A stretch of 39,385 nt of DNA, taken from contig CAYJWU010000002.1 in NCBI GenBank assembly GCA_964374025.1, positions 25,495 through 64,879 of the forward strand. Reading direction: 5' to 3'. The notes under the pieces are model-generated. The model worked only from the letters and a program-made list of their open reading frames with translations. It was not told the DNA's origin and searched no databases. The DNA is from an uncultured Candidatus Saccharibacteria bacterium. GTDB lineage: Bacteria > Patescibacteriota > Minisyncoccia > Spechtbacterales > HO2-43-30. Both the position numbers and the translations under genes were made by a program. Of the stretch, positions 7,331-15,945 are shown piece by piece (the stretch's first letter is position 1; the number at the start of each line of letters is the position of its first letter).

Positions 7331-8341
7331 ATGCGTGTTCTATCCGGCATACAACCCACTGGTCAATTTCACCTCGGCAATTACCTCGGCGCGCTTCGTC
7401 ACTGGGTGGATTTACAAAATCAGGGCAACGACTGCTTCTACCCCATTGTTGACCTGCATGCTCTGACGACAGTGCACGAAGCGGCTGTACTGTACAAAAA
7501 TACGCGCGAGGCGCAAATTGCGATGCTCGCTATTGGATTTAATCCTGACAAGTCAACTTTATTTTTGCAATCGCAAGTCCCCTCACACACCGAACTTGCC
7601 TGGATTTTAACCACGCTCACTTCTGTCGGGGACCTGGAACGCATGACTCAGTACAAGGAAAAATCCCAGCAAATGTCTAAGTCAGGGAGCGTGAACGCGG
7701 GGCTCCTTACTTATCCCACCCTCATGGCCGCGGATATACTTTTATACAATCCGGATTATGTTCCTGTCGGCGAAGATCAAAAACAGCATTTGGAGCTCAC
7801 AAGAAACATTGCTGAAAAATTCAACAAAATGTACGGGGGAACCCCGGGCACTAAGCCTGTTGAAGTGTTTAAGCTTCCCAAGCCGATGATTCAAAAGGAA
7901 ACTGCGAGGGTCATGTCCCTTCATGACCCTTCAAAAAAAATGTCAAAGTCCCTCGGGCCCCAGCATTATGTGGGATTATTTGAGGACGAAAGCTCCATAC
8001 GCGACAAAATAAAAAAAGCCGTCACGGACTCCGACAAAGAAATAAAATATGACCCCAAAAATAAACCGGCTATCTCAAACCTTCTTGCGATTTATAGCGG
8101 CATCACCGCAAAATCAATCAAGGATCTTGAGAAAGAATTTAGCGGCATAAATTACGCCAGTTTTAAGTCGTCTCTTGCCAATGCGGTAATTTCGCATCTT
8201 GCCCCTATGCAGGCGCGTTACGCGGAATTTCTCCAAAACCCCGAAGAAGCCGCGGCGGCATTTACACTCGGAGCAAAAAAAGCGCGGGCAGAATCAGAAA
8301 AAACAATGGCGCTTGTGCGGCAAAAAGTGGGGCTCAAATAG
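7331..8341 (+). CDS. trpS: Tryptophan--tRNA ligase
   Basis: It has a class I HIGH-like motif (GIQPTGQFHLGNYLG) and KMSKS, and the size (336 aa) is typical. Confidence 0.9.
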   Translation: MRVLSGIQPTGQFHLGNYLGALRHWVDLQNQGNDCFYPIVDLHALTTVHEAAVLYKNTREAQIAMLAIGFNPDKSTLFLQSQVPSHTELAWILTTLTSVGDLERMTQYKEKSQQMSKSGSVNAGLLTYPTLMAADILLYNPDYVPVGEDQKQHLELTRNIAEKFNKMYGGTPGTKPVEVFKLPKPMIQKETARVMSLHDPSKKMSKSLGPQHYVGLFEDESSIRDKIKKAVTDSDKEIKYDPKNKPAISNLLAIYSGITAKSIKDLEKEFSGINYASFKSSLANAVISHLAPMQARYAEFLQNPEEAAAAFTLGAKKARAESEKTMALVRQKVGLK

Positions 8342-8382
8342 TATCCGCGCCACGGCCACAGTATTTTCTGAACAACACAGGA

Positions 8383-8426
8383 GATTTACATAGTGTACGA
8401 TCGTGGGTTATGTAAATCTTGTTTTG
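8383..8426 (+). terminator. Terminator-like hairpin after trpS, with an ACGATCGT-containing loop
   Basis: GATTTACATA (8383-8392) pairs perfectly with TATGTAAATC (8409-8418). The 16-nt loop is GTGTACGATCGTGGGT, and TTGTTTTG follows. Confidence 0.55.
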
Positions 8427-8431
8427 CGCGT

Positions 8432-8469
8432 AAAAAAAAGCGGGCGAGTCCTTCGGCCCTGCTCGGGGT
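8432..8469 (-). terminator. Possible minus-strand terminator (GC-rich imperfect hairpin followed by U8)
   Basis: The minus strand reads CCCCGAGCAGGGCCGAAGGACTCGCCCGC followed by TTTTTTTT. The stem is imperfect, so this is tentative. Confidence 0.35.
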
Positions 8470-8537
8470 AAAGTTATCGCGCCGCTTTACGTTATAAAAC
8501 CTCTAAGCTGGGTAAGTTAATCTGACAGGTTAAACTG

Positions 8538-8744
8538 TTATGAGCTCATATTTTTTCTTTCCTCTTCGGAAAGAGAAGTGAGCCACAAAATAAAAGGCCT
8601 TCGAAGTTTGTCGATAGACCAGTCGCTACTTTTTAATAGAGAGGATTTTTCCGCGCGAAAACGTGAAAGCATTACAGTTGTCACTTGTAAGTGAACGGGC
8701 GCTAACCTGTTATGCTCCTCCAAAAATTGCTTCTTGCTCGTCAT
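8538..8744 (-). CDS. Hypothetical small protein (68 aa)
   Basis: It is an ATG ORF 77 nt downstream of the mutase gene on the same strand. A purine-rich GGGTGAAAG lies just upstream of the ATG. I recognise no family. Confidence 0.35.
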   Translation of the reverse strand: MTSKKQFLEEHNRLAPVHLQVTTVMLSRFRAEKSSLLKSSDWSIDKLRRPFILWLTSLSEEERKNMSS

Positions 8745-8821
8745 CTTTCACCCTAGCACCTTCCCCAGATAAAAGCAACTCCTTCGACCCCAATCTGAGG
8801 CATTTCTATTGCTTTCGCGGA

Positions 8822-10306
8822 CTATATCCACCCCAATTTTCCCTCAAGCACCGCGACTTTTTGCCGATTGAGCTTGTCGCCGATTTCGGGAAATTTTTCC
8901 AGTTCCTCTGCGAGAATATTTTTAACCCTAAGAACTTCCTCGTCAGATTCCCCTTCCACCCTTGCTGTAAGATACGGCGAGGTGTTGGAGGCGCGTATAA
9001 GGCCCCAACCGGTTTTTGTTATGTTGAATCGCACGCCGTCGATCAAGATAAGGGGAAACCTACCCTCAAAGTTTTTCTTGATTTTCTCCACAATATCAAA
9101 TTTTATCTCATCGGCTACGGGGAGTTTTATTTCCGGAGTCCGCACGCGCGCGGGGATATCCTTGAAAAGCGAAGAGAAAGGACCCTGATGCCGCGCAAAA
9201 ATCTCAATCATCTTGCCTGCGCTAAAAAGTCCGTCGTCAATTTTAAAATAATCTTCCACAAAATAGAAATGCCCCGATACCTCTCCAGCGAAAATAATAT
9301 CGCTGTCTTTTCGTAAACTTTCCTTTATGGGCGCATGCCCTGTCCGATGCATAAGTGGCACGCCTCCATACTCTGGCGCAAGCTCTGAAAGAAGCTGGGA
9401 GCACTTTACGTCAAACAGAATCTTCTTTCTGGGGTTTCTTGAAAGCGCGTCTTTCGCAAAAAGAAGGAGCAAGAGATCCGCGCTGACAAACTCCCCCTTC
9501 TCATCTACAAATCCCATCCTATCCCCGTCGGCATCAAAGCCAATTCCCAAGTCCGCCCCAGCTTCTCTCGCCTTTTCCCCAAGATCCTTCATATTTTGAG
9601 GCGCTTCCGGATCGGGAGTGTGATTGGGAAAAGTCGCGTCCGGCTCGGTGTAAAGCTCAACAACCTCGCACCCAAGCTTACGGAACAGTTCCGGGGCAAA
9701 TATTCCCGCGGATCCGTTGCCCGTGTCTATAACAATACGCAGAGGTCTTGAGAGTATTATGTGTTTGAGAAAATAATCTTCGTAGGGAGCGCGCGCGTCG
9801 AATGTCTCCAAATTCCCCCTTGCATCAACAACAAAATCCTCTTTCCCTATCATTTCCCGCATCATCTGAAGCTCCTCACCAAAAAGGGGCCACACGTCTT
9901 TTTTCATAAGTTTGAAACCGTTGTAAAAATATACGTTATGGCTGCCGGTGATATTCACTCCACCGTCAAAGCCAAAAAATGCAGTCGCAAAATAAATAAT
10001 AGGCGTAAGTGTTACACCCGCGTAGGCCACATCACAGCCGGTTGATAGTATCCCGGAGATAAACGCGTCTTTAAGCTCTTCGGCAAACGGCCTCATTTCG
10101 TATCCTACAATGACACGATTTCCGCCTTCGCGGCGAATTACGGTGCCATACGCTTTACCTATTAAACTCGCCACATCTTGCGTTAGGGTAATTCCCGGGA
10201 ACGGACCGTACCATTTCTCATACTTTGCTATTTCTTCCTCGCTGAATTTGCTACCTGCAATTCCCCGTATATCGTATAGACGAAAAATATTTGGGTTGAT
10301 GGTCAT
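8822..10306 (-). CDS. Phosphomannomutase/phosphoglucomutase (alpha-D-phosphohexomutase family)
   Basis: Matching blocks are the N-terminal FRLYDIRG, the active-site loop NITGSHN, the metal loop GFDADGDR and the sugar loop GEVSGH. The product is 494 aa. Confidence 0.85.
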   Translation of the reverse strand: MTINPNIFRLYDIRGIAGSKFSEEEIAKYEKWYGPFPGITLTQDVASLIGKAYGTVIRREGGNRVIVGYEMRPFAEELKDAFISGILSTGCDVAYAGVTLTPIIYFATAFFGFDGGVNITGSHNVYFYNGFKLMKKDVWPLFGEELQMMREMIGKEDFVVDARGNLETFDARAPYEDYFLKHIILSRPLRIVIDTGNGSAGIFAPELFRKLGCEVVELYTEPDATFPNHTPDPEAPQNMKDLGEKAREAGADLGIGFDADGDRMGFVDEKGEFVSADLLLLLFAKDALSRNPRKKILFDVKCSQLLSELAPEYGGVPLMHRTGHAPIKESLRKDSDIIFAGEVSGHFYFVEDYFKIDDGLFSAGKMIEIFARHQGPFSSLFKDIPARVRTPEIKLPVADEIKFDIVEKIKKNFEGRFPLILIDGVRFNITKTGWGLIRASNTSPYLTARVEGESDEEVLRVKNILAEELEKFPEIGDKLNRQKVAVLEGKLGWI

Positions 10307-10370
10307 AGTAGGTTGATCATAATATTATATGCTTTCCTTCACTATGCGCAAAGCTGCGCCGTGGATTTTC

Positions 10371-10411
10371 CGAAAAGAAAAGGGTCCACCACGCGATGAC
10401 GATGTGGACCC
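10371..10411 (-). terminator. Rho-independent terminator after the exonuclease gene
   Basis: The minus strand has GGGTCCAC, a 14-nt loop, then GTGGACCC followed by TTTTCTTTTC. The stem arms are at 10382-10389 and 10404-10411. Confidence 0.65.
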
Positions 10412-10418
10412 AATAAAT

Positions 10419-11006
10419 TTACTTCTTCAAATGAAGGGTTAACGCCCTTAATCCGATAATGAGCCCCCCTACATCGTTGAGGGCATTGTGGGGCCGAGCG
10501 GGAATCTCTATGCCGAAAGCTTCCGGCGCAGCTCCGCTTTGTTTTACTGTATAACCGTGCCGATGGAAAATCTCGTTCACATTATGGAATTTTTCCATTG
10601 CAAATGGGAATCCGATTCCGAGTAATTTACAGTTTTCAATCAGCACGTCGCGGTCAAACAGCCGCGATCCGTCTACCCTACTGTCAAAGCAATAAAGTTG
10701 ATATTCGGCGCATAACTCGGAAAACATCCGCAGGAAAGTCTGAAAATCAACGCCTTTTTCGTCAACCTCTTCTTGCGTAATATGGGTAAGATCAATAAAG
10801 TACTGTGAAAGCAAGGGGTTCCTTTCTGGTTTTACTAGATACATGCAGCTGCCCAACTCACTAAAGTTCTCTGTTTCTACGAGAGCGGCTCCGACTTGAA
10901 CAACTTCTCGGTGTTCTCCCGGACCCGACCATCCTCTGGCGGCCGCTCCCTCCCAAGTGGTACACTCTAGGTCAAAGATTACAATCTGTCCTGGTAAGTC
11001 TAGCAA
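10419..11006 (-). CDS. DEDD-family 3'-5' exonuclease (DnaQ/KapD-like)
   Basis: The Exo I motif is VIFDLECT and the Exo III-like motif is HNALNDV. The start is a TTG preceded by the canonical RBS AAGGAGGTG with a 7-nt spacer. Confidence 0.7.
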   Translation of the reverse strand: MLDLPGQIVIFDLECTTWEGAAARGWSGPGEHREVVQVGAALVETENFSELGSCMYLVKPERNPLLSQYFIDLTHITQEEVDEKGVDFQTFLRMFSELCAEYQLYCFDSRVDGSRLFDRDVLIENCKLLGIGFPFAMEKFHNVNEIFHRHGYTVKQSGAAPEAFGIEIPARPHNALNDVGGLIIGLRALTLHLKK

Positions 11007-11061
11007 CTAGACACCTCCTTCAATATCTGACATTTTTTACTAACCCCCCCTTTCTATCCGC

Positions 11062-11090
11062 ACTATACGCCCCTTAGTTGTTTCTGTCAA
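11062..11090 (-). promoter_or_regulatory. Strong sigma70-type promoter for the exonuclease gene
   Basis: The minus strand reads TTGACA (11090-11085), a 17-nt spacer, then TATAGT (11067-11062). Confidence 0.6.
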
Positions 11091-11147
11091 ACAACAGCAA
11101 CTACCAAACCGGCCCTAGAACATTATATGGGATATTTTAAAACAAAG

Positions 11148-11170
11148 AAAGTAAAGTAAAGTAAAGTAAA
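11148..11170 (+). repeat. Pentanucleotide microsatellite (GTAAA/AAGTA) x4
   Basis: The sequence is AAAGTAAAGTAAAGTAAAGTAAA. It lies directly upstream of a TTGACA hexamer (11174-11179) and 41 nt upstream of the rpsF ATG. Confidence 0.85.
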
Positions 11171-11210
11171 TGTTTGACAAATAACGCCCCTGTATGATAT
11201 CTTACGGGGT

Positions 11211-11705
11211 ATGGAAGAAGTCAAAGAACAAATTAAAAAGCGCTATATTCTGCATTTTATACTAAAGCCCGAATTCAACGCCGCGGATGATTTGCATAAT
11301 TACAGGCAAACTATCAACAAAAAAATAGAGGCGCTGGAGGGCCAGATTGAGGCCTCCCTATGCCAAGAAGAAACACGCCGCCTTGCCTATGAAATAGGGA
11401 AACAATCGCAAGGGTATCTCTGCGAGTCCGCGTTTTTGATTGAGCCGGAAAAAATAAAGGAGCTATCAAATAACCTCAAAGGCGAATCTCGTATTGTGCG
11501 ATACATGATAGAGACAAAAAAACCGATGAGTAAAAAAACGCGTTTACGAAGTATGCGATTGCGAAGCATTCCGGCCGAGATCAAACCGAGCGAACAAGCA
11601 ATGCAAGAAACTCATAAGACAGGTGGCCGCGAACAAGAAAAACGAAGCAAGATAAGCATAGATGAAATTGACAAAAAACTTGACGAAATAATTAAAAATA
11701 TATAG
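11211..11705 (+). CDS. rpsF: 30S ribosomal protein S6 (bS6) with a long charged C-terminal extension
   Basis: The S6-like core is RYILHFILKPE...RRLAYEIGKQSQGYLCESAFL...IVRYMI. It sits in the conserved rpsF-ssb-rpsR order. Confidence 0.8.
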   Translation: MEEVKEQIKKRYILHFILKPEFNAADDLHNYRQTINKKIEALEGQIEASLCQEETRRLAYEIGKQSQGYLCESAFLIEPEKIKELSNNLKGESRIVRYMIETKKPMSKKTRLRSMRLRSIPAEIKPSEQAMQETHKTGGREQEKRSKISIDEIDKKLDEIIKNI

Positions 11706-11708
11706 ACC

Positions 11709-12236
11709 ATGAATCTTAATAAAGCTATAGTTATAGGCAGGGTCACTCAAGACCCCGAATTGAGAACAACGCCTTCCGGGCAATCCGTCTGCAACTTTTC
11801 TGTTGCCACGAATAGAACTTGGACAAATTCCCAAACGCGCGAAAAGCAGGAAAAAGCAGAGTTCCACAATATCGTAGCATGGGCTCGGCTTGCGGAAATC
11901 TCAAACCAATACCTCAAAAAGGGGTCTTTAGTTATGGTTGAGGGAAGGATTGAGACCCGTTCATGGAGTGACGCCACGGGAAACAAGCGATATCGCACCG
12001 AGATAATCGCGGAAAATATGCAGCTTGGGCCGCGCCCCTCCTTCGCTCCGACCGCGGTCGGAGCGAAGGAGGGCGGGCCCGCTTCCAGTATTAAAGCGCC
12101 CGCGAGCCGCATACAGATTGACGACATACCTACAGTGGAAAGCGATGAGCCAATTACAAGTACCGCAGATCCCGACCAAGATCAAGATTCCAAAGAGGAA
12201 GATCAAGAGATAAATGTGAAGAATATACCATTTTAA
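11709..12236 (+). CDS. ssb: Single-stranded DNA-binding protein
   Basis: The OB-fold N-terminus is MNLNKAIVIGRVTQDPELRTTPSGQSVCNFSVATNR...FHNIVAWARLAE. It has an acidic tail ending in NIPF. Confidence 0.9.
   Translation: MNLNKAIVIGRVTQDPELRTTPSGQSVCNFSVATNRTWTNSQTREKQEKAEFHNIVAWARLAEISNQYLKKGSLVMVEGRIETRSWSDATGNKRYRTEIIAENMQLGPRPSFAPTAVGAKEGGPASSIKAPASRIQIDDIPTVESDEPITSTADPDQDQDSKEEDQEINVKNIPF
12036..12073. repeat. 38-bp perfect GC-rich palindrome inside the ssb linker region
   Basis: The sequence is CCCTCCTTCGCTCCGACCGCGGTCGGAGCGAAGGAGGG, and I verified all 19 pairs. It encodes PSFAPTAVGAKEG. The mirror ORF on the minus strand reads the same peptide. Confidence 0.95.
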
Positions 12237-12242
12237 TAATTT

Positions 12243-12440
12243 ATGGCAAATTGCGAATTCTGCAAAACTCATAAATCAATAAACCTGAAGGACGCCGAAA
12301 CGTTGCGTAATTTTATGTCCGAACAAGCAAAAATACTTCCTAGAAGAAAAACACACCTATGCGCGAAGCATCAAAGGCGTGTTTCGGGTACCATAAAACG
12401 GGCAAGGATTATGGCGATAGTGCCATTTACGACGAGATAA
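12243..12440 (+). CDS. rpsR: 30S ribosomal protein S18 (bS18)
   Basis: The 65-aa product contains LRNFMSEQAKILPRRKTHLCAKHQRRVSGTIKRARIMAIVPF, which is typical of S18. Confidence 0.85.
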   Translation: MANCEFCKTHKSINLKDAETLRNFMSEQAKILPRRKTHLCAKHQRRVSGTIKRARIMAIVPFTTR

Positions 12441-12441
12441 T

Positions 12442-13443
12442 TTACGCTTCTTTCACTTTCTCTTTTATAATACTCTCTACCTCTTTAACTATCTTGGGAT
12501 TCTCTTTAAGAAAATTTCTTGAGGCCTCCATGCCTTGACCCAACTTCATATCTCCATAATTAAACCACGCCCCGGAACGCGAAAGGGCGCCGTATTTTAA
12601 ACCGCAATTGAGCAAATCCCCAAGATACGATATTCCTTCATTATACATAATATCAAACTCCGCCGTGCGGAACGGCGCGCCGACTTTATTTTTCACAATC
12701 TTTGCCCTTACCCTATTTCCGACTATCTGCTCTCCGGATTTAATTTGAGCGGAGCGGCGCAAGTCAATACGCACCGATGAATAAAACTTCAGCGCCTTCC
12801 CGCCGGGAGTAGTTTCTGGATTTCCGAACATTATGCCAATCTGCATCCGTATTTGGTTTAAAAAGAGGACCGCGGTATTTGCTTTGTAGGTAATTGCCGT
12901 AAGTTTCCTAAGCGCTTGAGACATAAGACGGGCCTGTAAACCAATGTGATGATCTCCCATATCGCCTTCAATTTCCGCGCGGGGAGTTAACGCCGCTACC
13001 GAATCCACTATAATTACGTCCACTTTTCCCGAACGCACAAGCGCGTCTACTATATCCAACGCCTGCTCTCCGGTGTCGGGCTGGGAAACCAATAACTCCT
13101 TTGTATTGAGGCCTATGCGCTCCGCGTATTCCGCGTCAAGGGCGTGCTCCGCGTCTACAAAAGCGGCTATGCCTCCGGCTTTTTGGGCCTCCGAGGCAAT
13201 ATGCAGGGCTAATGTAGTTTTTCCGCTCGCCTCTGGGCCAAATATTTCTGTCACGCGGCCCCTGGGAATTCCCCCAACTACAAGAGCGAGGTTGAGCGAA
13301 ATAGACCCCGTTGATATAACGCGCACGTCAACTTTTTTCGCATCTCCAAGGCGCATAATGGAGCCGTCGCCAAACCTTTTTCTAATATCGTCCAATGTTA
13401 CCTCGAGTTCATCCGTTTTAGAGATGATTTTTTGTTTAGTCAT
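12442..13443 (-). CDS. recA: Recombinase RecA
   Basis: It has the Walker [13 protein letters not shown], plus [15 protein letters not shown]-like and L1/L2 regions. The product is 333 aa. Confidence 0.95.
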   Translation of the reverse strand: MTKQKIISKTDELEVTLDDIRKRFGDGSIMRLGDAKKVDVRVISTGSISLNLALVVGGIPRGRVTEIFGPEASGKTTLALHIASEAQKAGGIAAFVDAEHALDAEYAERIGLNTKELLVSQPDTGEQALDIVDALVRSGKVDVIIVDSVAALTPRAEIEGDMGDHHIGLQARLMSQALRKLTAITYKANTAVLFLNQIRMQIGIMFGNPETTPGGKALKFYSSVRIDLRRSAQIKSGEQIVGNRVRAKIVKNKVGAPFRTAEFDIMYNEGISYLGDLLNCGLKYGALSRSGAWFNYGDMKLGQGMEASRNFLKENPKIVKEVESIIKEKVKEA

Positions 13444-13454
13444 ATTGGTTATTT

Positions 13455-13799
13455 TTAATTCTTAATGTATACAACTCTCCTCACAAGATCGCTGCTTCTC
13501 CCAAAAATATTCTTTGCCTCAAAGGAAAGGATATTCATCCCATCCGTTAAACGCGCGACATCTTCAAAGCTTCCATTCTTTCCAATATATAACTCCCGGC
13601 CGTTCAGTGTCAATGAATGAGTATTTTCTACTCTGCCCGCAATCGTAATCTCAAGGGAGTTTACGATAATGGTTTCACTCGATAAATTTGTAAGCTCAAT
13701 CTCCGGGGCAAATAAAAACGCGGTAAATTTAATAAATATATACCCTGCGACCGCAACCAAAAATAAAAAAACGCCTAGAATATGTATATTGTTATTCAT
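13455..13799 (-). CDS. Hypothetical membrane-anchored protein (one N-terminal TM helix, beta-rich C-terminal domain)
   Basis: The ORF is 13455..13853. I prefer the ATG at 13799 ([22 protein letters not shown]), which overlaps the ftsK stop codon. Confidence 0.45.
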   Translation of the reverse strand: MNNNIHILGVFLFLVAVAGYIFIKFTAFLFAPEIELTNLSSETIIVNSLEITIAGRVENTHSLTLNGRELYIGKNGSFEDVARLTDGMNILSFEAKNIFGRSSDLVRRVVYIKN

Positions 13800-15945
13800 C
13801 GTCGCCCACTTCGACGTATACGTCCCTTGGCTTTGCTCCATCGCCCGGTCCAACGACGTGATCCTCCTCGAGCATATCTATCAGTCGCGCCGCCCGCGCG
13901 TACCCAACGCGCAATCTTCGCTGGAGAAGGGAGGCCGAAGCTTTTCGTGATTGTATGACAATTTTCTTTGCTTCTTTATAAAGCTCATCATCTGTCCCGC
14001 CCTCAATTTCCTCAAAGTCAAATCTCCCATCAAGAATCTCCGAGGATGTCGCAACTGGTTCGGTTATAGACTCAAGCGCTTCACTGCCAGTGCTCCCAGC
14101 GGATTCGCGCAAGTAATCCGCGACGCGCCTTACTTCTTTTTCCGTTACATACGCGCCCTGGACTCGTTTTGGCTTGGAAGCGTCTCCCGCAAGATAGAGC
14201 ATGTCGCCGTTCCCCAATAACTTCTCTGCTCCGGCCATATCCAAAACAGTACGCGAATCAATTTGAGAAGCAACCTGAAACGCGATACGGCTGGTTATGT
14301 TTGCCTTAATAAGTCCGGTAATGACCTCGACAGACGGCCGCTGAGTCGCAAGCACAAGATGTATGCCGACGGCTCTCGCCATTTGCGCGAGCCGCACAAT
14401 AAGCGCTTCAATCTCCTTGCCGCGAGCCGCCATAAGGTCGGCAAGCTCATCTATAATTATCGCGATATATGGAAGCGGGCCATGCGCTTCTATTGCTTTT
14501 TTATTTGAATTAAATCCCGCGATATCGCGCACCTTAACGCTTGCCAACAGTTCAAACCTGCGCTCCATCTCCGAAACTGCCCACTTAAGAGCGTTTACTG
14601 TCTTTTGGGTATCAACCACAACCGGCGCCAGAAGATGGGGTATATCAGAATACACAGGAAATTCCACCCGTTTAGGGTCTATGAGAATAAATTTAAGCAA
14701 ATTTGGGGGATTTTGGTATAAAAGGCTAAGAATGATAACATTGAGGCATATTGTTTTTCCGGAGCCCGTGCTTCCCGCGATTAAAATATGGGGCATCTTT
14801 GCTAGGTTCGCGAGGATCGCCGCCCCGGACACATCGCGGCCAAGAGACAGGGTTAAGTTGCTTGAACGTTTTCCAAATTCCGAGCTTTCCAGCATATTTT
14901 TCATCCTCACAAGAGCAAAGCCCTTATTGGGAATTTCAACGCCAACAAGCGACCTTCCCGGAATCGGAGCCTCTATCCGTATGGGGTGCGCGGCAAGAGC
15001 CAGAGAAAGATCGTTATGAAGGGCCATGATACGGGAAAGTTTGACGCCCTCCGCCGGCTTAAGAGTGAACTGTGTTACGGCAGGCCCCACATTTACCTCG
15101 TCCATTTCTACCTCAATTCCAAAATTCTGAAGAGTTCTTTTAATTATGTTGGCGTTTGCCACAATGTCTCCCGAAGAGGGCTTCCCCGTTTCTTTCTCAA
15201 GAAGCTCTATGGGCGGAAGGCGAAAATCCCCCATTATATTTTGCATATCTTTTACGGCAAAATCATCCCTGCCCGCTCCGGACTCCCCGGATGCATCTTG
15301 TCTCTTTTCGGTACTTCGAGTCTTTTCGCTTACACCGCTCTGCCATGTTTTAACTTTAAATTCTGTAGGTTTCTCATTTTTATTGATATCCGAACCGGAT
15401 TGTTCCAAATCCAAAGAGGACGCGTCCTTTTCTTTTTCCGCGCGCCCCCTGACCCGCTCCATGATCTTATCTATCCTTATATTAAAACTTATTATAATCG
15501 CGGCTATAATAAACCCTAAAAAAATAACAAAGGAGGCGAGCTGTCCGAGGTACCCAATAAATGGCAAAGACACAAAATAACCCCAGTATCCCCCGTTCAT
15601 AGCTCCTTCCGCGGAAAAAATATTAAGTATTCCTAAAATTCCGGAAAAAAATAAAAGCCCTCCCGCGATAAGAGGAATGTAGCTATTTCTCTTGCCCGAA
15701 CCAAAGAGGATAGAACTTGCCGCAAGGAGAACGAAGGGTATGCCGAATCTTCCTAAACCAAATAACACCTCTGTAATTTTAGAAAATATGGAGCCAGCGC
15801 TGCCCGCCTTGCCGACAAACGCAAGAATAGCAAGAAAAAACAGAACTATAAAGGCCACTCCCCATAGCGCCTTGACCACCTCGCTATGGACATCAAACCT
15901 CGGACGTGTTTTACCTTTTTTATTTAATTTTTTACTTTTCGCCAT
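13792..15945 (-). CDS. ftsK: DNA translocase FtsK/SpoIIIE
   Basis: It has N-terminal TM helices, the motor-domain Walker A GSTGSGKT, IIDELADLM, and the C-terminal gamma-domain wHTH (ASASLLQRRLRVGYARAARLIDMLE). Confidence 0.9.
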   Translation of the reverse strand: MAKSKKLNKKGKTRPRFDVHSEVVKALWGVAFIVLFFLAILAFVGKAGSAGSIFSKITEVLFGLGRFGIPFVLLAASSILFGSGKRNSYIPLIAGGLLFFSGILGILNIFSAEGAMNGGYWGYFVSLPFIGYLGQLASFVIFLGFIIAAIIISFNIRIDKIMERVRGRAEKEKDASSLDLEQSGSDINKNEKPTEFKVKTWQSGVSEKTRSTEKRQDASGESGAGRDDFAVKDMQNIMGDFRLPPIELLEKETGKPSSGDIVANANIIKRTLQNFGIEVEMDEVNVGPAVTQFTLKPAEGVKLSRIMALHNDLSLALAAHPIRIEAPIPGRSLVGVEIPNKGFALVRMKNMLESSEFGKRSSNLTLSLGRDVSGAAILANLAKMPHILIAGSTGSGKTICLNVIILSLLYQNPPNLLKFILIDPKRVEFPVYSDIPHLLAPVVVDTQKTVNALKWAVSEMERRFELLASVKVRDIAGFNSNKKAIEAHGPLPYIAIIIDELADLMAARGKEIEALIVRLAQMARAVGIHLVLATQRPSVEVITGLIKANITSRIAFQVASQIDSRTVLDMAGAEKLLGNGDMLYLAGDASKPKRVQGAYVTEKEVRRVADYLRESAGSTGSEALESITEPVATSSEILDGRFDFEEIEGGTDDELYKEAKKIVIQSRKASASLLQRRLRVGYARAARLIDMLEEDHVVGPGDGAKPRDVYVEVGDDE

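Noticed and set aside
8663-9316. A 217-aa plus-strand ORF, with others at 8868, 9327, 9761 and 10110.
   Set aside because: They are shadow ORFs antisense to the well-supported phosphohexomutase gene.
11174-11198. A TTGACA ... TATGAT pair upstream of rpsF as a promoter.
   Set aside because: The spacer is only 13 nt, too short for a standard sigma70 promoter, so the rpsF promoter is left unassigned.
11747-12272. Minus-strand ORFs that encode the same PSFAPTAVGAKEG peptide as ssb.
   Set aside because: They are a mirror artefact of the 38-bp perfect palindrome, and ssb on the plus strand is the real gene.
14363-15019. A 218-aa plus-strand ORF, with neighbours at 14986..15580.
   Set aside because: They are antisense to ftsK. 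The composition is Ser/Arg/Ile-rich, as is typical of shadow frames.
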